Positions 57,450 to 64,000 of a stretch of 64,000 bases of DNA are shown one piece after another. The DNA is from Vulcanimicrobiota bacterium (GTDB taxonomy: Bacteria; Vulcanimicrobiota; Vulcanimicrobiia; Vulcanimicrobiales; Vulcanimicrobiaceae): positions 128,001 through 192,000 of the forward strand of contig CAWAXX010000014.1 in assembly GCA_963786105.1 (NCBI GenBank), given 5' to 3'. The number at the start of each line of letters is the position of its first letter. Positions within the stretch are counted from its first letter, which is position 1. A program made the translations under genes and the position numbers. The notes below the pieces were generated by a model. The model had not been told where the DNA came from, searched no databases, and saw only the letters and a list, made by a program, of their open reading frames with translations.

Positions 57450-58013
57450 ATGCAAGGAGTGGATGGAAAACGAATCGCCGCGCTGATCGGCGACGGATTC
57501 GAAGAAATCGATTTGATGGAGCCTCGCCGCGCCCTCGAGGAAGCCGGCGCAGTGGTGACGATCGTCGGAATTGACGAGCGTGCCCGGCAGCGCATTCGGG
57601 GAAAGCGCGGACTCGACGACGGGCAAAGCATTCGCGCCGAAGAGCTGGTTGCCGATTGCACCGCCGAGGATTTTGACGCTCTCCTGATTCCGGGCGGCGC
57701 TTCGCCGGACCGGATTCGCGGCGATCGCGACGTCCATCGGTTCTGCCGCGAATTCGACGCAGCAAAGAAACCGATGTTTTCGATCGGTCACGGCGCCCAC
57801 GTCCTCATCTCCGCGCAACTCGCGCGCGGTCGTCAGATCACCGGGGCACACTCGATTGCCGACGACATTAGGAACGCCGGTGGACTGTATCGCGATCAAC
57901 CGACGGTAACGGATTCGAACTGGGTGTCGACCCGCGGCGGTGAGGATATGCCGCAGTTCAACCGCGCGATGTTGGAGAAGCTCGCGGCCGCCGCTCCACC
58001 TCAACCCGTCTAG
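57450..58013 (+). CDS. PfpI/DJ-1 family protein lacking the catalytic Cys
   Basis: KRIAAL..DGFE, DALLIPGG..PD.IR, SIGHG in place of AICHG, STR..D…FN. Confidence 0.85.
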   Translation: MQGVDGKRIAALIGDGFEEIDLMEPRRALEEAGAVVTIVGIDERARQRIRGKRGLDDGQSIRAEELVADCTAEDFDALLIPGGASPDRIRGDRDVHRFCREFDAAKKPMFSIGHGAHVLISAQLARGRQITGAHSIADDIRNAGGLYRDQPTVTDSNWVSTRGGEDMPQFNRAMLEKLAAAAPPQPV

Positions 58014-58054
58014 GGGCTGATTTTCCCCATATTGTCGTCGCCTCGGGACCTCAC

Positions 58055-58630
58055 TTAGACGGGGTCGTAGCGCGCTAACGCCTCGCCATATTGTCGCAAC
58101 GCGAGAAACGACGCGAGCACCGAGAATCCCAACTCCCCTGGAATCGACCGCGCGAAGACGACGAGAACGAACGCGATCGCGCTCGCCGCGCAAGCCATTG
58201 CGACGTAGAGCATTCTCGGCGTGCCGGTTCGGATCGTCGCGGAAAGCGCCGTCAGGGTACTCGGAATGACGGCTGCGAGCGCGATTAGGAAGGTCGCGGG
58301 AATTTCGCGCAGACCGGCAATGCCGGCGGCTGCAACGTACGCGAGCGTCGCCAGCGCCGCGACCACGCACGGGACGAGTGCCTTCGCGCGCGCCAGCTGG
58401 CGTCCGAAGAGCGGCGCGCTTTGCTCGGATAAATCGAGATGAAGGAAGCGGCCGGGGCTTTGCACCAGCGCGACGACGATCCCGAGCAGCGAACAGAAAA
58501 ACACCGGTCCGGCCAAACCGTGCGGCGCAACGAATCCCACTACCGCAGCGGCGGCGCAAACGTACGCCGTAGTCCACCGCTCGGCGCGCACTCGCGCCTC
58601 CACGATGGCCAGCGTAGCGCCCCGGCTCAA
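58055..58630 (-). CDS. Hypothetical 6-TM membrane protein (permease-like)
   Basis: Six hydrophobic segments; APLFGRQLARAK loop; TTGA overlap with upstream gene. Confidence 0.65.
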   Translation of the reverse strand: MSRGATLAIVEARVRAERWTTAYVCAAAAVVGFVAPHGLAGPVFFCSLLGIVVALVQSPGRFLHLDLSEQSAPLFGRQLARAKALVPCVVAALATLAYVAAAGIAGLREIPATFLIALAAVIPSTLTALSATIRTGTPRMLYVAMACAASAIAFVLVVFARSIPGELGFSVLASFLALRQYGEALARYDPV

Positions 58631-59196
58631 GCGGGTGCCTCCAGCGGCACGCTTTGAGAGAATCGCTCTGCTGCGACGCCGCTGACGTGCGTCGAAAAGA
58701 TCGCGCGCGGGCCGGCCGCCGCGATAATCTGTGAAACGTAAGCGGGCTGCGGACGATCGAGAACCAGAATCTTCGGTCCGCCGACGAGCGCGGCCGCCAA
58801 TGGAAATGCGAAGGCTTCGTGCATGCCGTCGAGGCGCTCCAACAGGAGCTTGGCGTGCGCGACGGCGCGCACCGGTTCGACGTTCCAAAGCGCCGCGCGA
58901 TAGGCGATGTACCGTTCGAACTCGGCGTCATCCAGCGGCAGGGGAGCGTGCGGCACGAACGCCGCGATGCGTTTGCAATGTGCCGATTGGACGCGGGGAT
59001 CGTATTGATCGAGCAAGACGCATCCGCTGCCGGCTTTCACGATGCCGGCCGCCAGTAGCGCCACGACGTTGGCCTCCCAGGCCGAGGCGAAAACTCGGGC
59101 GGCACGCTCTCCGGGGCCGACGTCGAGCGTCACCGGGCCGACCGTTGCGCCCCTCGCGGCGAAGGATGCCTCGCGCATGCGTAATAGGAAGCTCAA
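58627..59196 (-). CDS. Degenerate ABC-ATPase-like protein
   Basis: ABC scaffold (V.L.V.PGE, GIVK..SG.V, IAAFVP, ILVLDRP, IFSTH) without Walker A or LSGGQ. Confidence 0.55.
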   Translation of the reverse strand: MSFLLRMREASFAARGATVGPVTLDVGPGERAARVFASAWEANVVALLAAGIVKAGSGCVLLDQYDPRVQSAHCKRIAAFVPHAPLPLDDAEFERYIAYRAALWNVEPVRAVAHAKLLLERLDGMHEAFAFPLAAALVGGPKILVLDRPQPAYVSQIIAAAGPRAIFSTHVSGVAAERFSQSVPLEAPA

Positions 59197-59243
59197 GACG
59201 CTCTTCTTTTAACGCCTCTTGAAAAGGATGCCTACCGATCCCG

Positions 59244-60974
59244 ATGCTGCCTAACGCCGACGTTGCCGCCAAGCTGCTCGAAACTCGGACGCTCATGGAA
59301 ATGGCTGGAGAGTCGTTCTACAAGTACATGGCCTACGAGAAAGCGGCTGCATCCATCGAAAACGCGCCCCCGCTGGCCGACTTGATTGCCGCGGGGGAGC
59401 ACTTGAAGCTTCCCGGTGTGGGCAAATCGATCGGCGCTGCTGTCGAGCAGCTCGTGAGGACGGGCACGTCCGATCACCTCGACCAGCTGCACGAGCGCTT
59501 TCCGGCGTCGATTCTCGAGGTGCTCGCCGTGAGCGGAATCGGTACCAAGACGGCGGCCATGCTCTTTAGCGACTATGGCATTGCGTCGCTGGCCGATTTG
59601 GAAGCGGCGATTGCATCCGGCGCGCTCGCCGGCGTCCCGCGCCTGGGTGCCAAAACCATCGACAACTGGAAGCGCGGTATCCTCGCCTACAAAGGCCGCC
59701 AGCGCCGCACGCCGTTGGCCGAAGCGCTGATTCTGGCGTACGAGGCGATGAGCTTTTTGCGCGAAGGCCCGCCCGTCGATCGTCTACTCCCGGCGGGTAG
59801 CCTGAGGCGCCAAGAGGTGACGGTCGGCGACATCGATCTCGTCTGCACCTCGCCGCACGCCGCCGCCGTCATCGCGCATTTCACCGGTTGGAGTCGCGCG
59901 CAAGCCGTTCTCGCCGAAGGACCCACCAAAGCCAGTATCTGGCTGCCCGGCGGGCTGCAAATCGACCTGCGCGTCCTTCCCGATCACCTCTATGGTAATC
60001 TGCTCCAGCATTTTACCGGGTCTCGCGAGCACAACATCAAGCTCCGCGAACTCGCCGTGCGCAAAGGGCTGCGCGTAAGCGAAAACGGCATTCTGAATCT
60101 TGAAAGCGGCGACGCGACCGTCTGCTCGGAGGAAGCCGGCGTGTACGCAGCCTTGGGCATGCAGTACGTTCCGCCCGAACTGCGTAGCGGTCTCGACGAA
60201 ATCGAGCTGGCGTTGGTGGGTGCCATTCCGCCGCTCGTCGAGCGGAGGGATCTGCGCGGCGATTTTCACATGCATACGACGTGGAGTGACGGCGACGATT
60301 CGCTCGAGGAAATGATCGTCGCCGCCGCGGCGCGCGGATATGAATATCACGCGGTCAGCGATCACTCCCAAGGTCGCGGCCGGCGTTTCGGCATGAGTCC
60401 CGAGCGACTGCGCGAGCAACGCTGCGCCATCGAGGCACTTGGCAATCGCCACGGAATTCGCACGCTGTGCGCGAGCGAAGTCGACATCCTTGCGGACGGA
60501 TCGATGGACTTTGACGATACGGTACTGGCCGAGCTGGACGTCGTGATTGGGTCGGTTCATTCGGCGATGCACCAGTCGCGCGAAGTGATGACCGCTAGGC
60601 TCGTTCGGGCGTGCGAGAATCCGTACGTGACGATCGTCGGCCATCCGACCGGGCGCCGTTTCGACGGCGGCGCGGGATACGAGTTCGATTACGACGCGGT
60701 GTTTGCGGCTGCCGCGCGCACCGGAACGGCGCTCGAAATCGACGGCCAGGCCATGCGGTTGGACCTTCCGGCCCCGTTGATCCGCAAGGCCAAAGCGTTC
60801 GGCGTCACGTTTGCGGCCGACAGCGACGCGCACCGCACGCGCGACTTGGCCGACGCGGAGCTCGCGATCGGTCAGGCGCGGCGGGCAGGTCTGACGAAAG
60901 ACGACGTCTTGAACGCGTGGCCATTCGAAGCCATGCACTCGTTCGTACGCGCAAAGCGCCGGAGGGCAACGTGA
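59244..60974 (+). CDS. polX: DNA polymerase X with PHP domain
   Basis: HhH motifs; GSLRR, GDID, QIDLR, HFTGS..HN; PHP HMHT.WSDG, DHS, GHP, SDAH. Confidence 0.95.
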   Translation: MLPNADVAAKLLETRTLMEMAGESFYKYMAYEKAAASIENAPPLADLIAAGEHLKLPGVGKSIGAAVEQLVRTGTSDHLDQLHERFPASILEVLAVSGIGTKTAAMLFSDYGIASLADLEAAIASGALAGVPRLGAKTIDNWKRGILAYKGRQRRTPLAEALILAYEAMSFLREGPPVDRLLPAGSLRRQEVTVGDIDLVCTSPHAAAVIAHFTGWSRAQAVLAEGPTKASIWLPGGLQIDLRVLPDHLYGNLLQHFTGSREHNIKLRELAVRKGLRVSENGILNLESGDATVCSEEAGVYAALGMQYVPPELRSGLDEIELALVGAIPPLVERRDLRGDFHMHTTWSDGDDSLEEMIVAAAARGYEYHAVSDHSQGRGRRFGMSPERLREQRCAIEALGNRHGIRTLCASEVDILADGSMDFDDTVLAELDVVIGSVHSAMHQSREVMTARLVRACENPYVTIVGHPTGRRFDGGAGYEFDYDAVFAAAARTGTALEIDGQAMRLDLPAPLIRKAKAFGVTFAADSDAHRTRDLADAELAIGQARRAGLTKDDVLNAWPFEAMHSFVRAKRRRAT

Positions 60975-61768
60975 TCGAAACGATTCGGGTCATCGCCGCG
61001 GATGGTGCCGTGACCGGCGCGCGGTGCGCCGGCGATGCCGGTCCGGCGCTGATTTTCGTGCACGGGGTCGGCTCGACGGCAGCAATTTGGGATCCGCAGG
61101 TGGATGCGTTCGCCGGCGCCCATCGCTGCGTGGCGATCGAGTTGCGCGGCAACGGTGCTCTCCATCCCGATCCGGATCCGGGGTCGATTTCGCGCGAAGG
61201 GTTTGCGGACGACGTGCTCGCGGTTGCCGCCGCGCGCGGCATCGAACGGTTCACGCTGATCGGCTGCAGCCTCGGCGGCGTCGTTGCGTTCGAGCTGTGG
61301 ACGCGCGTGCCGGAACGATTCAACGCGATGGTCATCGCGGACAGTTTTGCATACTATCCCAACGGGCAAGGCAATGCCGAAGCAATATCCGCTGCCGTTC
61401 GGGAAGCGGGCGGCATGCCGGCCTTTGCCGAGCTGCGCGCCGCAAAACTCGGCCTGCCTCCAGAGCGGATGCGCGTGACCGTCGGGCAAATGGCGTGCAA
61501 ATCGGTGCCGTCGTATATCGCGTCGACGCAAGCGACCTGGACCGGCGATTATCGCGACATCTTGCCGGCGATCGACGTGCCGGTGCAGGTTCTCTGCGGC
61601 GAACGCGATACGGTGGCGCCGCGCGAGTTATCGAAAGAAATCGCTCGCGCGATTCCGGGCGCACGGTTCGCGATCGTGGAAAACGCGGGCCACGTTTCCA
61701 ATGCCGATGCCCCAGAACGCTTCAACGCCCTACTGCGCGAGTTTCTCGATTCGATCGCGGCATCCTGA
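60971..61768 (+). CDS. Alpha/beta hydrolase
   Basis: VHG, GCSLGG nucleophile elbow, GERD, AGH. Confidence 0.9.
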   Translation: MIETIRVIAADGAVTGARCAGDAGPALIFVHGVGSTAAIWDPQVDAFAGAHRCVAIELRGNGALHPDPDPGSISREGFADDVLAVAAARGIERFTLIGCSLGGVVAFELWTRVPERFNAMVIADSFAYYPNGQGNAEAISAAVREAGGMPAFAELRAAKLGLPPERMRVTVGQMACKSVPSYIASTQATWTGDYRDILPAIDVPVQVLCGERDTVAPRELSKEIARAIPGARFAIVENAGHVSNADAPERFNALLREFLDSIAAS

Positions 61769-62017
61769 GCGGAGACGCCGCAGTGTCATCCTGAGCGGAG
61801 CGCCGCAGGCGCGCAGTCGAAGGACGACTCCGGGAATGACTCGCCGACCTGAGGGCGTCTGGACGCGGAGCGAAGGCACGGATGCCGAGAGCGACGCGCC
61901 AGCCGAGTAGCGTTTTCGCACGGACGCGAAAACGCGAACGTCCCGAGGGTGGCGAGTCATTCCCGGGAGCCGGTCCTCGACTGCGCTCGCTGTCGCTCGC
62001 TCCGCTCAGGATGACAC
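61761..62017. repeat. Composite palindromic REP/MITE-like element, copy 2 (with extra partial left end 61761-61783)
   Basis: 20-bp perfect TIR GTGTCATCCTGAGCGGAGCG 61783-61802/61998-62017; 16-bp inner stem 61830-61845/61951-61966. Confidence 0.9.
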
Positions 62018-62869
62018 GGTAACTCGGTCCGGGGCGCTATAGACGTTGGCGCGGCTATCGCGGACGAATCCGGCGAGCGTGATGTTGAACTCGCGCGCGA
62101 GATCGACGGCGAGGCTGCTTGGAGCCGAGACGGAGCACACGACCGGAATCCTGGCGACCGCGCTCTTTTGTAAGATTTCATATCCCGCCCGCCCGCTGAC
62201 GACGAGGATGCACTGCGAAAATGGTAAGCGCCCGTTGACCAGCCCCCACCCGATCAGCTTATCGACCGCGTTGTGGCGGCCGACGTCCTCGCGGGCCGCG
62301 TGCGGCTCGCCGGTTGCGTCGAAGAGCGCGGCGGCGTGCAAGCCGCCGGTGATTCCGAAGATTCGCTGTGCTTCGCGCATGCGCGCCGGAAGGGAGTAGA
62401 GCAAGCCGGGCGAGACGCGAATATCGTCGTCGATCGGCGTTACGCCGAGATCGTACAGCGACTCGAGCTGCGCGCGTCCGCAAACCCCGCATGCGCTGTT
62501 GATGGTGAAGTGGCGTTCGAAGCGCTGCAAATCCGGAAGGTTTTCGCGCGAGAGCTCGACGTTTACGACGTTGTAGCGTTGATCGGGTTCGAGATCGGCG
62601 TCCAAACAGTAAGTTAGCGTAGCGATCTCCGCGCGGCTTCGTACGATCCCCTCGCTGAATACGAATCCGGCCGCCAGCTCGAAATCGTTTCCGGGCGTCC
62701 GCATCGTCACCGCCAGCGTCTTCGTCGTTTCGCCGGCGACGAGTCGCAATTCGAGCGGCTCTTCGGTTACGACGTCGTCGTCTCTGAGTGCGCGCGTCGC
62801 ACCGTCCAGCGCCAGAATTCGCGCTTCGACCGTGCGCCCGGGACGCGCGCGCGCCTCATCGCTCGTCAA
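62006..62869 (-). CDS. fdhD: Formate dehydrogenase accessory sulfurtransferase
   Basis: EEPL, TMRTPG.DFELA.GF, SACGVCG, TGGLHAAA, EDVGRHNAVDKL, SAPSSLA. Confidence 0.95.
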   Translation of the reverse strand: MTSDEARARPGRTVEARILALDGATRALRDDDVVTEEPLELRLVAGETTKTLAVTMRTPGNDFELAAGFVFSEGIVRSRAEIATLTYCLDADLEPDQRYNVVNVELSRENLPDLQRFERHFTINSACGVCGRAQLESLYDLGVTPIDDDIRVSPGLLYSLPARMREAQRIFGITGGLHAAALFDATGEPHAAREDVGRHNAVDKLIGWGLVNGRLPFSQCILVVSGRAGYEILQKSAVARIPVVCSVSAPSSLAVDLAREFNITLAGFVRDSRANVYSAPDRVTVSS

Positions 62870-63755
62870 CGCCGCCGCCCTCGTCGCGACGTTGCACGTA
62901 GACTGTTCCGAAGCGACCTTTAATGCACAAGTTACCGTGGGTCACGTCGTTCTCGAGCGGCGCGGTAACCTTCACGATGGTATCGTCCTGTACGTGCAGC
63001 CGAAGCGTACATCCGACGCCGCAATAGGGGCAGATCGTATCGGACTGCGTCTGACGCGCTTCGTCCCAGCGGCCTTCCGCGCGCAGATCGTGCTCGGAGG
63101 AAAACATCAGCGCGCCGGTCGGGCAGACGCCGATGCAGTTGCCGCAATAGACGCACGCCGAATCGGGTAGCTCGACGTCGAACTCGGTCGAGATGTGAGC
63201 GTCGAATCCGCGACCGGCGGCCGCGATGGCAAACGTGTTTTGCGCGTCCGTACCGCACGCCTCGACGCATTTGTAACAGAGAATGCACTTCGAATAGTCG
63301 CGGACGTAGAGATTGTTGTCGACCTTCGGCGGTTGGGCGACGGTCGCCGCCTCCGAGCCGAAGCGTCCCGGATCGGCGGCGTATTGCGCGCAGTAGCGCT
63401 GCGCGTCGGGAGCCGTCGACAGGTCGACCGACGATCCTAGCAGTTCGAGCACCAGCTTGCGGCTATGCCGAACGCGCTCCGAATCGGTGCGTATGACCAT
63501 GCCTGCTTCGGCCTTTCGCGCGCACGCCGGCACGAGCGCGCGCGAACCGTCGAGTTCGACGACGCAGACGCGGCACGCGTTTACGGGCGTCAGCGTGGGG
63601 AGAAAGCACAACGTCGGCGTCGTAAGGCCCGCGGCATTGCAAGCATCGAGAATCGTCGCGCCTTCCGCGACGGCGACCGGGCGCTCGTCGATCGTCAGGT
63701 CGAGCGTTGGTCGCGCTGGGCCGACAGGGCGTGTTGGAAGGGGTCCTCTGATCAC
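62856..63755 (-). CDS. Formate dehydrogenase Fe-S subunit (2Fe-2S, 2x4Fe-4S and Mo-enzyme Fe4S4 domain; no catalytic Mo domain)
   Basis: PTLC…ACRVC…PAC; CILCYKCVEAC; CVYCGNCIGVCP; CPYCGVGC…LCIKGRFG; GTG start overlaps upstream stop. Confidence 0.88.
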   Translation of the reverse strand: MIRGPLPTRPVGPARPTLDLTIDERPVAVAEGATILDACNAAGLTTPTLCFLPTLTPVNACRVCVVELDGSRALVPACARKAEAGMVIRTDSERVRHSRKLVLELLGSSVDLSTAPDAQRYCAQYAADPGRFGSEAATVAQPPKVDNNLYVRDYSKCILCYKCVEACGTDAQNTFAIAAAGRGFDAHISTEFDVELPDSACVYCGNCIGVCPTGALMFSSEHDLRAEGRWDEARQTQSDTICPYCGVGCTLRLHVQDDTIVKVTAPLENDVTHGNLCIKGRFGTVYVQRRDEGGGVDER

Positions 63756-64000
63756 GTCGCCGTGCCCGCTGGGAAAACGCCGGGAAGAGCTCGTGCCGAA
63801 GCGATCGCGGTGGCGGCGGTTTGGCCGAGGCCGCAAATCGATGCGTCGCGCATCACTCGGGCGACGTCGTCGAGCAACGTCAGGTCGATCGACGCATCGG
63901 CACCGCTGCGCGTCGAGGCGAGCCGTTGCAACGTTTCTTCTTGCCGGACCGTGCCGACTCGGCAAGGAACGCATTGGCCGCACGATTCTTCGCGAAAGAA
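63752..64000 (-). CDS. NuoF/FdsB-like NADH-binding subunit, C-terminal part (truncated by window edge)
   Basis: Manual translation FFREESCGQCVPCRVGT…DASICGLGQTA. Confidence 0.88.
   Translation of the reverse strand, partial: FFREESCGQCVPCRVGTVRQEETLQRLASTRSGADASIDLTLLDDVARVMRDASICGLGQTAATAIASARALPGVFPAGTAT

Noticed and set aside
16025..58931. Long antisense or alternate-frame ORFs (e.g. 16025-17221, 28726-29742, 50545-51762, 54821-56098, 57255-58931)
   Set aside because: They shadow well-supported genes, carry no recognisable motifs, and are expected in high-GC DNA with few stop codons.
37479..62017. CRISPR array interpretation of the repeats
   Set aside because: The copies are 24 kb apart and palindromic, with no repeat-spacer periodicity and no cas genes.

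Overview
High-GC bacterial chromosome segment, densely coding (about 60 CDS plus one tRNA-Leu(CAG)). The organism is probably a diderm member of the Terrabacteria, most like Ca. Eremiobacterota/Vulcanimicrobiota. This is inference from outer-membrane beta-barrels occurring alongside futalosine-type menaquinone genes, split transketolase, Ku/LigD, PolX and a YtrA-type operon. Recognisable loci: NHEJ (split ligD plus ku), an ECF42 sigma/DGPF pair, mqnL/mqnP, pnp, tkt, rpsO, polX, fdhD and formate dehydrogenase Fe-S subunits. The best candidate for an undescribed system is a minus-strand operon at about 41.4-46.6 kb. It encodes three type-1-copper lipoproteins, an SCO copper chaperone, a Cyc2-like monoheme cytochrome-porin fusion and an OmpR-family two-component system. 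A matching PhoB/OmpR-type tandem box sits exactly 10 nt upstream of a -10 element in front of two of the cupredoxin genes. This could be a regulated outer-membrane electron-uptake (metal oxidation) module. Other highlights: a ~235-bp composite palindromic repeat in two copies with seven fully compensated stem substitutions and CANGGANG loops; a YtrA-ABC operon with two unannotated small proteins facing a catalytically dead M48-RDD fusion; a dead ABC-ATPase/membrane pair; a Cys-less PfpI; and an AbiE-like HTH/nucleotidyltransferase pair with a perfect 17-bp operator lying between rpsO and pnp. No CRISPR array, integrase or transposase was seen. All calls come from motif reading by eye, with no database searches.
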